Of a stretch of DNA of 64,000 bases, positions 43,049 to 52,888 are shown in pieces. The stretch lies in NCBI RefSeq assembly GCF_039541115.1, contig NZ_BAABFP010000005.1, positions 1-64,000 of the forward strand, given 5' to 3'. Under the pieces are notes generated by a model. It saw only the letters and a program-made list of their open reading frames with translations, had not been told where the DNA came from and made no database searches. The position numbers and the translations under genes are program-made. The stretch is from Angustibacter luteus (GTDB taxonomy: Bacteria; Actinomycetota; Actinomycetes; Actinomycetales; Angustibacteraceae). Position 1 is the stretch's first letter. Each line of letters opens with the position of its first letter.

Positions 43049-43956
43049 CGGCGCTGTTCGCGGTGCCCGCGCTGTGCGGACTCGTGGGGCTGGGGCTGGT
43101 CGTGCTGTTCGCCGTGGGCTACCGGATGACGAAGTCCGACGCGACGACCGGGCTGGCCGTCGAGGACCTGGTGCTGCTGCGCGACGAGCAGCGACGCGAG
43201 GCTCGGGGGCTGGGGCCGCTGGAGCGGCTGGCCGGCAAGCTGGTGCCGTCGGTCCGCTCGGTGATCGGGGTCCGTGGAGTGGCCTCCCTGCAGCGGCGGA
43301 TCGACGCCGCCGGCCGTCCGGACGGCCTGACCGTCGACGTGTTCCTGCGCCGGGTCGCCATGTGGCTGCTGATCTTCCTCGCTCCGGGTCTGGTGTTCCT
43401 GGTCAACGGTCAGCCCCTGTTCACGGTGCTCTGCGTGGTCGCGGCGGTCTTCCTGCCGCTGGGTCGGCTGGCGGGCGCACAACGGATCCGGTCGGAGACG
43501 ATCGACCGCGACCTGCCGGACTTCCTCGACGTCCTCGCGGTGACGGTGACCGCCGGCGTCGCCTTCCGGCCGGCGCTGGCCCGGGTCAGCGAACGCTTCC
43601 AGGGCCCGTTGGCGGACGAGATCCTGCTCACCCTCGGTCAGCTCGGCAACGGGGCCAGCCTGCGCAGCGCCTTCAACGCGCTGCGCGATCGCACCGGCTC
43701 GGAGCCGGTCTCGCAGTTCGTCACGGCCTTCCTGCAGTCCGAGGAGCTCGGCGCCCCGCTGGCCGACACGCTCAACCAGATCGCGGCGGACATGCGGCGC
43801 GACAGCGGCCAGCGGATGCGGCGACGGGCCGCGCGGGCTGCACCGCGGGTCACCCTGGTCACCTCCATGATCCTCGTGCCCGCGGTCATGGTCACCCTGC
43901 TGGTGGGCTTCTTCATCGGGTCCGGTGTGGACTTCGGGGCGCTGTTCGGTGGCTGA
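43045..43956 (+). CDS. tadC: Tad platform protein TadC
   Basis: DLPDFLDVLAVTVTAG...QSEELGAPLADTL; ATGA overlap. Confidence 0.9.
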   Translation: MTALFAVPALCGLVGLGLVVLFAVGYRMTKSDATTGLAVEDLVLLRDEQRREARGLGPLERLAGKLVPSVRSVIGVRGVASLQRRIDAAGRPDGLTVDVFLRRVAMWLLIFLAPGLVFLVNGQPLFTVLCVVAAVFLPLGRLAGAQRIRSETIDRDLPDFLDVLAVTVTAGVAFRPALARVSERFQGPLADEILLTLGQLGNGASLRSAFNALRDRTGSEPVSQFVTAFLQSEELGAPLADTLNQIAADMRRDSGQRMRRRAARAAPRVTLVTSMILVPAVMVTLLVGFFIGSGVDFGALFGG

Positions 43957-45133
43957 GGCGACGTGGGTCGTCGGCGACCAGGAGCACGACGGCGGGCTCG
44001 GCCGGATGATCCGGCTGTCCTTCCTGCTGCGCCTGGGGACGGTCGCGCTGACCACCGTCTCGTTCGTGCGGACGCCGCCGACGCCGTGGGTGCTGGCGGC
44101 GACGGTCGCGGTCGGTGCCGTGAGCATCGCCGGCTTCCTGGCCGAGGAGCGCGTGACGGCGCTGTGCGTGCGTCATCCGCTGATCGTGCTCGCCGACGTC
44201 GTCGGGTCGATGGCGGTGGTGAACATCGTCGGCGTGAACAGCCCCCTGGTGCTGGCCAGCCTGACGACGGTGTTCATCGTCGGCCTCATCCTGGAGCTGC
44301 GGGCCGGCACCGTGGTCGTGGTCGGCGCGGTCGCCCTGTACCTGCTGGCGGTCGCGGACAGCGAGAACCCGGACTTCCTGACCTCGGCGGTCATCCCGCT
44401 GCTCTACGTGGCGCTGTTCACGATCGCGCACGCCTACCGACGCTCGACCCGTGAGCAGGTGCGGGGCTTCGAGACCCTGGCCCGGGTCCGCGCCGACGAG
44501 AGCACGGCGAACGAGCGCGCCCGGCTCGCCCGCGAGATGCACGACTCGCTGGCCAAGACGTTGCACGGCATCGCCATGGGGGCCACGGCGCTGCCGGACT
44601 GGGTGGAGCGCGACCCCGCCCGGGCCATCGAGTACGCCCGCGCGCTGGCGGACGGAGCGGAGCAGGCTGCCGCCGAGGCCCGCGCCATCCTGGTGCGGAT
44701 GCGGGCCGACCAGCCCGATCGCCCGTTGGCGGAGATCCTGGGTGCGCTCTGCCAGGAGTTCGCCCAGGAGGCGGGCCTTCGCTGCACCTTCGAGGCGCAC
44801 GACGTGGCCGACGTGCCGCACGAGGCGCGCTACGAGCTGGTCAGCATCGCCGGTGAGGCGCTCGAGAACGTCCGCCGGCACGCGGACGCCTCCGAGGTCG
44901 GGGTCAGCCTGCAGGGGCGCCCCGACTCCGTCGAGCTCGTGGTCGCGGACAACGGCCGGGGCTTCGACGCCACTGCGGCCGGCCCCAAGGGTCACTTCGG
45001 GATGCAGGGCATGACCGAGCGCGCGCGCCAGGTCGGCGGCGACCTCACGGTCACCTCGTGCCCCGCTGAGGGCACGACGATCCGGGTGCGGATCCCGGTG
45101 GCTCAGGAAGGCGACGAGAGAGGGATCGCATGA
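43949..45133 (+). CDS. Membrane sensor histidine kinase (HisKA_3)
   Basis: ERARLAREMHDSLAKTL, EALENVRRHA, DNGRGF, GHFGMQGM; 5-6 closely spaced TMs. Confidence 0.93.
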   Translation: MAEATWVVGDQEHDGGLGRMIRLSFLLRLGTVALTTVSFVRTPPTPWVLAATVAVGAVSIAGFLAEERVTALCVRHPLIVLADVVGSMAVVNIVGVNSPLVLASLTTVFIVGLILELRAGTVVVVGAVALYLLAVADSENPDFLTSAVIPLLYVALFTIAHAYRRSTREQVRGFETLARVRADESTANERARLAREMHDSLAKTLHGIAMGATALPDWVERDPARAIEYARALADGAEQAAAEARAILVRMRADQPDRPLAEILGALCQEFAQEAGLRCTFEAHDVADVPHEARYELVSIAGEALENVRRHADASEVGVSLQGRPDSVELVVADNGRGFDATAAGPKGHFGMQGMTERARQVGGDLTVTSCPAEGTTIRVRIPVAQEGDERGIA

Positions 45134-45819
45134 GCAGCGCACCGACGCCGGACGTCGACAGCCAGGACGTGCCGCGCGAGCGGCCGGTCACGGTGGCGGT
45201 GGTGGACGACAACTCCCTGATCCGGATGGGCCTGCGCAGCCTGCTCGAGGCCGACCCGCGGGTGCACGTGGTGGGTGAGGCGGGCGACGGCGAGGCCGCC
45301 GTGCAGCTCGTCCGGCAGACCCTGCCGGACGTCGTGCTGCTCGACGTCCGGATGCCGCGCCGGGACGGCGTCTCGGCACTGGCCGAGATCCGGGACCACT
45401 CCAAGGTCGTCATGCTCACCTACAGCGACGCGCCCGACGTCATCCGGGCCGCGCTCGAGGCCGGGGCCACGGGCTACCTCGTGCACGGGCAGTTCCGCCC
45501 CGAGGACCTCGTCTCCTCGGTGCTGGGGGCCGCCGCCGGGTCCTCCGTGATGTCCGCACCGGCGATGGACGCCTTGCGGAACGCCCTGATCCAGCAGGCG
45601 CCGGAGCCTGCGGCGCCGCACCGTCCGGACGCCGGGCTGAGCGAGCGCGAGGTCGAGGTGATGGACCTGATCGGGCGGGGCCTCACGAACGGCCAGATCG
45701 CCCGCGAGTGCTACCTGTCAGAGAAGACGGTCAAGAACCACGTGAACCACATCTTCGCGAAGCTGGGCGTGCGCACCCGCGCCGAGGCGGTCTCGCTCTG
45801 GCTCGGTGGGGCGTCGTGA
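45130..45819 (+). CDS. NarL/LuxR family response regulator
   Basis: VVDD, LLDVRMP, LSEREVEVM...EKTVKNHVNHIFAKLG. Confidence 0.95.
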   Translation: MSSAPTPDVDSQDVPRERPVTVAVVDDNSLIRMGLRSLLEADPRVHVVGEAGDGEAAVQLVRQTLPDVVLLDVRMPRRDGVSALAEIRDHSKVVMLTYSDAPDVIRAALEAGATGYLVHGQFRPEDLVSSVLGAAAGSSVMSAPAMDALRNALIQQAPEPAAPHRPDAGLSEREVEVMDLIGRGLTNGQIARECYLSEKTVKNHVNHIFAKLGVRTRAEAVSLWLGGAS

Positions 45820-45840
45820 CCCACCGGAGCAGTCCCGCGG

Positions 45841-45921
45841 GTGGGCCCGGCGGTAGGTCCGGAAAGTGGGTCCGGCGTGGGCCCTGCGGCTCATGAACCA
45901 GGCTCCGACGGCTCATAACGT
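45841..45921 (+). promoter_or_regulatory. flp promoter region with four GTRGGYCC direct repeats
   Basis: GTGGGCCC 45841, GTAGGTCC 45853, GTGGGTCC 45866, GTGGGCCC 45877; CGGCTCAT at 45887 and 45909; -10 TAACGT 45916. Confidence 0.55.
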
Positions 45922-46001
45922 TGTCCTTGTCAGCAGGGCCCCCCGGCGGGGGGAGCGGGGCAGGCCCGCAACGACAAGGACTTCGACCAGAGGAGCAGAT
46001 C

Positions 46002-46199
46002 ATGACCAAGGCACTCGTCGCCATGCAGGTTCGCGCGCAGAAGGCGCTGGAGAGCCGCGAGAGCGGCCAGGGAACGCTGGAGTACGTCGGCATGATCGTG
46101 GCGGTCGCCGTGATCGTGGGGGCCGTCGTCCTGGCGCTGAACAACCAGAAGCTGGGCGACAAGGTCACCACCGCGTTCAGCAAGGCGTTCCCCGGCTGA
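46002..46199 (+). CDS. flp: Flp major prepilin (43-aa mature)
   Basis: ESG|QGTLEY (G-1, E5, Y6) plus hydrophobic helix; GAGGAG RBS. Confidence 0.92.
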   Translation: MTKALVAMQVRAQKALESRESGQGTLEYVGMIVAVAVIVGAVVLALNNQKLGDKVTTAFSKAFPG

Positions 46200-46217
46200 T
46201 CGACGCACCGACCCGGC

Positions 46218-46260
46218 CGGTGGGTCGCTCGGGAGGCACAGGGCCTCGAGCGGCCCACCG
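46218..46260 (+). terminator. Stem-loop after flp
   Basis: CGGTGGGTCGCTCG...CGAGCGGCCCACCG. Confidence 0.7.
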
Positions 46261-46302
46261 CCGCGTGCCAGGGCAGACGGACTACAGCGCGGAGGTACGG
46301 CG

Positions 46303-47004
46303 GTGAGCACGAAGGTGCTGCGGGCGCGGCTGAGGCGGCCGACCGGGGACGACGGCCAGGCAGTGACCTGGCTGATCGTGGTCGGCCTGCTCGGCATGGG
46401 CATGCTCGCCATGAAGCTCGCGCTGCCCCTGGCCGAGGGAGGGGATCGGCTGGGGAAGGGCCAGACCGGCGCGGAGAGCGCCGCGCTGGCCGGCGCGAAG
46501 GACATCAGGTCGAACGTCGTGCTTCAGCTGCTGCGCGACGTGACCAGCGAGGACGACTTCCAGCACCGCACCTCCAGCACCTGTAGCAGTTGGGGGTCGG
46601 ACGCCGCGGCGGACCTGGCCCAGCGCAACGACGAGGACGTCGTCTCCTACTGCTACGACTTCCGGGACGACCGGGTCCGGGTCACCGTGCACAGCAGGAC
46701 GCCGACCTCGACCGGCCACCGCGTCGAGGCGAAGGCGGAGGCGAAGGTCGGCATGCCCTGGGGGAGCTGCCGCTTCGCCGACCGCCCCACGCCGTCGACG
46801 ACGACCACGCCGCCGGCCCCGTCGCCCACCACACCCACCACACCTGCCACACCCACCACACCGCCACCGCCCCCGGACGTGGACCTGCCGCTGGACTGCG
46901 GGCCCTTCTCACTGCACTTCGTGATCGACGGCGACACCGGCAAGCTACGGCTCGAGAACGCGGACGACCTGCTGGATCGGCTGGAACCGCGGCTGACCCG
47001 GTGA
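46303..47004 (+). CDS. TadG-like pseudopilin
   Basis: DDG|QAVTW leader without E5, TM, GAESAALAGA; Pro/Thr linker; 4 Cys. Confidence 0.8.
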   Translation: MSTKVLRARLRRPTGDDGQAVTWLIVVGLLGMGMLAMKLALPLAEGGDRLGKGQTGAESAALAGAKDIRSNVVLQLLRDVTSEDDFQHRTSSTCSSWGSDAAADLAQRNDEDVVSYCYDFRDDRVRVTVHSRTPTSTGHRVEAKAEAKVGMPWGSCRFADRPTPSTTTTPPAPSPTTPTTPATPTTPPPPPDVDLPLDCGPFSLHFVIDGDTGKLRLENADDLLDRLEPRLTR

Positions 47005-47092
47005 CGTCGTAGCAGGAGCGAGCCGCTGGTACCGTCGCGGCGGGACGAACTGGACATGCGGTCGGCGAACCGACCGCACGGGAGGGTGACAC

Positions 47093-48163
47093 GTGATTCG
47101 GCGAACATCGTCGCTTGCCGCCTTGGGCGGACTGCTGGCGCTGGCCCTGCTGGGCCCCGCTGCCGGGGTCGCTGCCGCGGCCCCGGTGGACGACGTCCCC
47201 GTGGCCGGGTCGTTCGACTTCTCGCCGAACCGCTCGGCGCAGGACGGGCAGCTGCGCGGCGTGGTGAACGCGGTCCGCCGGATCGACGGCGGCACGGTCG
47301 TGTACTGGAGCATCGGGCTGCCCCAGGGCGCGAAGGACGTCGTGGTCGGGCCGCAGACGCTGAACGACATCTCGGTGCTCGACAAGTCCGGCTACCGGCC
47401 CGGCGACGTCTTCAACGTCGACGTGATCGACCCGGTCGGGCTCAAGCGCTACCGGCCGATGGTGTCGGGGGACGCCTGCCTGTGCTCGCGCTACCAGGAC
47501 TTCGAGGTCAGCAGCTTCGCCCCGGGCACCCTGTACGCCGGCTACGCGGTCGTCCCGCCGCTGCCGGCCTCGGTGACCTCGGTGTCGGTGATGGCGTTCG
47601 GGGCCGCGGTCAGCGACGTCCAGGTGGGCGACGGCGCCCTGACCCCCGTCTCCCCGCAGGGCAAGGGGATCGTGGAGCTGACGACGGGCTGGCCGACGGT
47701 GCCGACCGACGCCATCGCCGCCGTCGGTAACCCGGGCAGCTTCATCCTGCCGCTGCAGGAGCGCACGAGCGACCTGGAGAAGACGGTCCGCAAGACCGAG
47801 ACGCCGACCAAGGTGACGGTCGACCTGGCCGCCGACGTCCTGTTCGCCACGGACAGCGCCAAGCTCAGCCCCAGGGCCGCCAGCAAGATCGACGCCGTCG
47901 GCAAGGACATCGCCGCCCGGGGGACCGGCACGGTCACGGTGACGGGGTACACCGACTCGACCGGCTCGCCGGCCCACAACCTCGTGCTGTCCCGCCAGCG
48001 GGCGGACGCGGTGCTCGCCGCGCTGAAGCCGGTCGCGGGTGGCGACGTGACGTTCGAGGCCGCCGGCCGGGGCGAGGCCGATCCGGTCGCGACCAACGCC
48101 ACCGCCCAAGGGCGCCAGGAGAACCGCAGGGTCACCATCACCTACTCCGTGAAGGGCAAGTGA
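47093..48163 (+). CDS. Secreted protein with C-terminal OmpA-like peptidoglycan-binding domain
   Basis: Signal peptide; [15 protein letters not shown]...[17 protein letters not shown]. Confidence 0.92.
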   Translation: MIRRTSSLAALGGLLALALLGPAAGVAAAAPVDDVPVAGSFDFSPNRSAQDGQLRGVVNAVRRIDGGTVVYWSIGLPQGAKDVVVGPQTLNDISVLDKSGYRPGDVFNVDVIDPVGLKRYRPMVSGDACLCSRYQDFEVSSFAPGTLYAGYAVVPPLPASVTSVSVMAFGAAVSDVQVGDGALTPVSPQGKGIVELTTGWPTVPTDAIAAVGNPGSFILPLQERTSDLEKTVRKTETPTKVTVDLAADVLFATDSAKLSPRAASKIDAVGKDIAARGTGTVTVTGYTDSTGSPAHNLVLSRQRADAVLAALKPVAGGDVTFEAAGRGEADPVATNATAQGRQENRRVTITYSVKGK

Positions 48164-48789
48164 CGATGACCAGGCACCTGCTGCGCTCCGTCGCGCTCCC
48201 CGTCACGGTGCTCGCCCTGGTCGCCGGGCTGGCCGCCTGCTCCGGGGACGACGACAAGAAGTCGTCCGGCCAGACCAGCCCCGGCGCCTCGGCGTCGCCG
48301 AGTGGGCAGTCGGCCGACCAGCTGGCCCAGCAGCTGCTGGCGACGGCCACCGCCTCGCCGCCCATCGCGTCCGCGCAGGCGAACGTGCAGCTGAACCCGC
48401 AGCTGAGCGGCAGCACGCCCCTGGCGCTCACCGCGGACGTCATCGAGGTCAGCGCCGCCGACACCATGACCGTGCTGCACTGGCGGTTGCGCAGCACCAG
48501 TGGCGACTCGGTCCAGCCGAGTGGCACCTGGTTGAACGGCGGCACCGCCGGCTCCGACACCAGCCAGGTCGCCATGGTGGACACCGCGGGCAAGCTGCGG
48601 CTGCTGCCCTTCAAGACCGACACCGGCGACTACGCCACCGGCTGCATCTGCTCACCGATGCCGCGCGACGTCGACGGGACCGGCGTGGACATGTACGCCA
48701 CCTACCCGGCGCTGGCCGCCTCGGCGACCACGGTGGACGTGGCGCTCCCGCAGTTCCCGGTGATGAAGGGCGTGAAGGTCACTCGCTGA
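48160..48789 (+). CDS. Lipoprotein paralogous to the N-domain of the OmpA protein
   Basis: Lipobox LAAC; CICS and YATYPAL mirror CLCS and YAVVPPL in 47093-48163. Confidence 0.8.
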   Translation: MTMTRHLLRSVALPVTVLALVAGLAACSGDDDKKSSGQTSPGASASPSGQSADQLAQQLLATATASPPIASAQANVQLNPQLSGSTPLALTADVIEVSAADTMTVLHWRLRSTSGDSVQPSGTWLNGGTAGSDTSQVAMVDTAGKLRLLPFKTDTGDYATGCICSPMPRDVDGTGVDMYATYPALAASATTVDVALPQFPVMKGVKVTR

Positions 48790-48842
48790 CCCGCTCGGTT
48801 GGTTGGTCCGGGGCCCTGCCCAGGGCCCGTAGAGTTGAGGTC

Positions 48843-50285
48843 ATGCCCGCACGAACCGTCGCCCTCGTCACCCTCGGCTGCACCCGCAACGAGGTGGACT
48901 CCGAGGAGCTCGCGGGGCGGCTGGAGGCCGAGGGCTGGACGCTCGTGGACGATGCCGAGGCGGCCGACGTCGCGGTGGTCAACACCTGCGGCTTCGTCGA
49001 GTCCGCGAAGAAGGACTCGGTCGACGCGCTGCTGGAGGCCAGCCAGCTCAAGGACGACGCCTCGGCGCGCACCCAGGCCGTCGTCGCGGTGGGCTGCCTG
49101 GCCGAGCGCTACGGCAACCAGCTCGCCGAGTCGCTGCCGGAGGCCGACGCGGTGCTCGGTTTCGACTCCTACGCCGACATGTCCGCGCACCTGGACTCGA
49201 TCCTGCACGGTGGGCGACCGGCGTCCCACGTCCCGCGGGACCGCCGCACGCTGCTGCCGCTGACCCCGGCCAGCCGGCAGGACGCCGCCGGGGACCAGCT
49301 CGTCGCCGTCCCGGGCCACGCGAACGCGCCGGACCTGCCCGCGGGGGTCGCGCCGGCGTCCGGGCCCCGGGTGCTGCGCCGACGGCTCGACGGCCGCCCG
49401 TGGGCGCCGCTGAAGATCGCGTCCGGCTGCGACCGGCGGTGCGCGTTCTGCGCGATCCCGGCCTTCCGCGGCGCGTTCCTGTCCCGTCGTCCTGCGGACG
49501 TGCTCGCCGAGGCCCGCTGGCTGGGCGAGCAGGGCGTGCGCGAGATCTTCTTGGTCAGCGAGAACTCCACGTCGTACGGCAAGGACCTCGGCGACCTTCG
49601 GCTGCTCGAGACGATGCTGCCCGAGCTGGCGGCCGTCGAGGGCGTGGACCGGGTGCGGGTGTCCTACCTGCAGCCTGCCGAGATGCGTCCGTCACTGCTG
49701 GAGGCGATGGCCTCCACGCCGGGTGTGGTGCCGTACTTCGACCTGTCGTTCCAGCACGCCGCGGGGCCGCTGCTGCGCCGGATGCGCCGCTTCGGCGGCA
49801 CCGAGTCGTTCCTCACCCTGCTCGAGCAGGTGCGAGCGGCCGCGCCGCTGGCGGGGGTTCGGTCGAACGTGATCGTCGGCTTCCCCGGGGAGACCGAGGA
49901 CGACGTCGACGAGCTCGAGGAGTTCCTGACCGAGGCCCGGCTGGACGTCGTGGGGGTGTTCGGCTACTCCGACGAGGACGGCACGGAGGCCGAGTCCTAC
50001 GACGGGAAGCTGCCGTCCGACGTCGTGGCCGACCGGGTCAACCGGCTGACCGACCTGGTCGAGCAGCTGACCGCCCAGCGCGCCGAGGAGCGGGTGGGGG
50101 AGCGCGTCGAGGTACTCGTCGAGCTCGTCGAGGACGGCGAGGCCGAGGGTCGCGCGGCGCACCAGGGCCCGGACGTCGATGGTGTCGTGCGGCTACCCGC
50201 CGGCGGTCTCCAGGTGGGTGACCTCGTCCCCGCCGTCGTGACCGGCAGCGAAGGGGTCGACCTGCTCGCCGAGCTGGCCCGGTAG
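48843..50285 (+). CDS. rimO: Ribosomal protein S12 methylthiotransferase
   Basis: [25 protein letters not shown] radical SAM motif, TRAM tail. Confidence 0.96.
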   Translation: MPARTVALVTLGCTRNEVDSEELAGRLEAEGWTLVDDAEAADVAVVNTCGFVESAKKDSVDALLEASQLKDDASARTQAVVAVGCLAERYGNQLAESLPEADAVLGFDSYADMSAHLDSILHGGRPASHVPRDRRTLLPLTPASRQDAAGDQLVAVPGHANAPDLPAGVAPASGPRVLRRRLDGRPWAPLKIASGCDRRCAFCAIPAFRGAFLSRRPADVLAEARWLGEQGVREIFLVSENSTSYGKDLGDLRLLETMLPELAAVEGVDRVRVSYLQPAEMRPSLLEAMASTPGVVPYFDLSFQHAAGPLLRRMRRFGGTESFLTLLEQVRAAAPLAGVRSNVIVGFPGETEDDVDELEEFLTEARLDVVGVFGYSDEDGTEAESYDGKLPSDVVADRVNRLTDLVEQLTAQRAEERVGERVEVLVELVEDGEAEGRAAHQGPDVDGVVRLPAGGLQVGDLVPAVVTGSEGVDLLAELAR

Positions 50286-50292
50286 CGGCCCG

Positions 50293-50739
50293 TCAGGTCG
50301 CGGTGTAGCCGTTGGGTGTGCTCACCGGGGCGCGATCGTCGGCTGCCACGCGCGTGCAGGCGACGGCGACGAGCACGAGCCAGAGCATCAGGTCGGCTAC
50401 CGCGGTCGCGGGGCCGGCGTCCAGCACGAGCTGGGTGACGAAGCTCCGACCGCTCCACGAGTAGGGGTTGATCAGGTAACCGAGGGTGGCACCGGCGAGG
50501 ACGCTCGGGTAGAGAGCGGTGGCGGCGATCCGCGGCTGCCGGTCCAGGACCGAGGGCAGCACGAGAGCCAGCAGAACGGCGACCATCAGCGAGCGCAGGA
50601 CGATGTCCAGGGTCACCTGGTTCTTGGGCGTGGAGATGATGCCGGCGACCAGGGCGATGGCCGTCGACCCGAGTCCCGTCACGAGTGCCGTGACGGCGAC
50701 GGCGCGCAGGTCGATCCGGTGCTGGGGCGGTGTGGTCAT
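50293..50739 (-). CDS. Hypothetical 4-TM membrane protein
   Basis: Hydrophobic ORF; GAGGAG RBS; ATGA-coupled to upstream gene. Confidence 0.75.
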   Translation of the reverse strand: MTTPPQHRIDLRAVAVTALVTGLGSTAIALVAGIISTPKNQVTLDIVLRSLMVAVLLALVLPSVLDRQPRIAATALYPSVLAGATLGYLINPYSWSGRSFVTQLVLDAGPATAVADLMLWLVLVAVACTRVAADDRAPVSTPNGYTAT

Positions 50740-51296
50740 GCGTTCCTCCTGCTCTGTGCTTGGCGGCGCCCCCTGGCAGCCAGGCCGATGGTTCCGATGA
50801 TCAGGGCGCCGATCCCGGCGAAGGCCAGCAGGCCGGTCAGCACGAGTCGCGGGGTCCTGTTGTCCTGGGTGACGAGCACGCTCTGCAGGTGCGGTCCGCT
50901 GCAGGTCAGCGTGCGGTCGTCCGTCCAGCCGTGCTTGATGGAGACGAAGGGGCGGTAGGTCACGTCGTCCCGGACGGTCTTCGCACCGCCCAGGATCGGG
51001 CTCGTGCGGTTGTCGCCGGGGGAGACCCGGCAGGCGTCGTCCAGCGTGGTCTGCGCGTCGTCCTTGGTCGCGACCAGCACCGTGAGCCCGGCACTGGTCG
51101 CCTCGTCGGACAGGGTCAGCGCCGTGCCCGCCGGGCCCTGGGCGAGCACGGTCGTCCCGGTGCCCAGCACGGACAGCCCGCTCACCACGGCCGCGACCAG
51201 CATCAGCAGGCCGACCACGACCAGCACCGGGCCGAAGATCCTGGCCGGGCGGACCCCGGCCTCGACGAAACCGCTCATCGTCGCGTGCTCACCCAC
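50736..51296 (-). CDS. Hypothetical 2-TM protein with Cys-pair extracellular domain (alternative start 51278)
   Basis: TM - domain with 2 Cys - TM; overlaps both neighbours. Confidence 0.72.
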   Translation of the reverse strand: MGEHATMSGFVEAGVRPARIFGPVLVVVGLLMLVAAVVSGLSVLGTGTTVLAQGPAGTALTLSDEATSAGLTVLVATKDDAQTTLDDACRVSPGDNRTSPILGGAKTVRDDVTYRPFVSIKHGWTDDRTLTCSGPHLQSVLVTQDNRTPRLVLTGLLAFAGIGALIIGTIGLAARGRRQAQSRRNA

Positions 51297-52692
51297 CGCA
51301 TCCGGTCCAGGGGACGAACTTCGTGCCGTCCCAGTACTGGCCGCCGGTCGCGGTCCGGCTGTTGGTGGCGACCTCGACCTTGCCGCCGACCTTGGCGATC
51401 GCCTCGGCGTCGAAGTTGGCGCCGTTGGTGCTGCTCTCGTGGTCGTACGACTGCTCGGTGATGAAGCCCCGGGCCTGCGCGGCGTGCGCGAAGGCGGTCG
51501 TGGCGCCCAGCAGGTCGGGTGCGCCGGCGACCTGGGTGGCCAGCCCCGGCGGCACGTTGATCCCGGCCACCTCGGGCATGCCCATCGCGGTCAGGAAGCG
51601 GTCGGCCAGCACCCGGTCCGAGTCGTTCTTGACCGGCAGCTCCACGGTCCGCTCCACGTAGCCGCTGTGGTCGACGTCGTCACTCTCCAGGGTGTCCTCG
51701 TTGGCGTCCGCCTCGCCCGCCATGATCGAGCGGACCCGCACCGCGGTGATGTTGCCCTTGGCGTCGCGCTCGATCTCGATGATCGCGGTGACCTCGCCCT
51801 CGGCCTTCGCCTTGGCGAGCTGGTAGCTCGAGTCGTCCTCGTCGCCGCCGAGGACCGACGCCTGGGCGTAGCCGTCGACCGAGGCCCGCAGGTACTCCGT
51901 CGTGGAGCCGTCGCGCTTCTTCTGGTAGCCGAGGATCTCCTTGACCCCGGCGCCGGCGGCCGCGCTCGCGGTCCCGAGCGTCGCGTTGGCGTCCGCGTCG
52001 AGCGAGATGCCGCCCTCGACGAACTCCGCGTCGGGGGTCGGCAGCGGGTGGTCCTGCCCGACGATGCCCTCGGCGTGGTCGAGCAGCCACCGGCCCGGGC
52101 CGCTGTCGCCGGCGACCTGGTCGTCCGCGACGTCCTGGGCGTGCGCCACGATCAGCTTGTTCAGGTCGTCCTCGTTCTTGACGTAGAACACCTGACCCGC
52201 ACCGAAGGTCGCGGTCGCGCTCGCCTCGGCCTTGGCGGCGGCACCGTACTTGTTGTCGTCCACCGTGACGGTGACGTCGAAGCCGACGCCGGCCTCCACC
52301 CCCACTCCGCTGCTGCTCGACCGGGTGACGCGGTAGGTGCCGTCGCTGAGCTGGTCCACCTGGAACTTCTCGCCGTTCGACAGCGTCACCACGAAGCTGA
52401 CCTCGGCGTTCGCGTCGTAGCCATCGCTCTTGACGACGCACGGGGCGGTCGGCTTGTGCTCCTGGGCAGTCGTCCGGGCCGGGGCGCAGTCGCCCTGACC
52501 GAGGGTGAACACCAGGCAGAACGCGCGCTGGACGTTGTCGCTGAAGACCGGGCTGGCCGCGATCAGCACGCCGACCACGGCGGCGACGAGCAGGGCGACG
52601 CCGGCGATCATGCCGGTGGTCTCCAGGGACGCGGCGCCGTCGTCCCGACCCATGGCCCGCCGGATGCGCGGCATCGCCTTCGCCTGGCTCAT
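51289..52692 (-). CDS. Large protein with Flp/TadE-type prepilin leader and about 400-aa unknown beta-rich domain
   Basis: RDDG|AASLE plus hydrophobic helix; 4 Cys; alternating small-residue strands. Confidence 0.8.
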   Translation of the reverse strand: MSQAKAMPRIRRAMGRDDGAASLETTGMIAGVALLVAAVVGVLIAASPVFSDNVQRAFCLVFTLGQGDCAPARTTAQEHKPTAPCVVKSDGYDANAEVSFVVTLSNGEKFQVDQLSDGTYRVTRSSSSGVGVEAGVGFDVTVTVDDNKYGAAAKAEASATATFGAGQVFYVKNEDDLNKLIVAHAQDVADDQVAGDSGPGRWLLDHAEGIVGQDHPLPTPDAEFVEGGISLDADANATLGTASAAAGAGVKEILGYQKKRDGSTTEYLRASVDGYAQASVLGGDEDDSSYQLAKAKAEGEVTAIIEIERDAKGNITAVRVRSIMAGEADANEDTLESDDVDHSGYVERTVELPVKNDSDRVLADRFLTAMGMPEVAGINVPPGLATQVAGAPDLLGATTAFAHAAQARGFITEQSYDHESSTNGANFDAEAIAKVGGKVEVATNSRTATGGQYWDGTKFVPWTGCGG

Positions 52693-52888
52693 CGAGGCCC
52701 CCCGTCCGCTGGTGTGGTCACCGGACCATCCTGTCGGTCGCCCGGCGCCGTGGCGTGGGTCCTGGTACCCGGTTCGGGCCCATCGTGGTTGGGTCTGGTG
52801 GGGCCGTTCGCGTGCCTATAGTGGACGTCGAGCCGCAGTCGGACGTCGTCCGGCGGCTCTTTCCGTTCCGTCGAGGGGGATCGTCCGC

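Noticed and set aside
47093..48163. OmpA protein as evidence of an outer-membrane porin or flagellar MotB
   Set aside because: Only the PG-binding domain is present; no beta-barrel, no MotB TM motif and no motA
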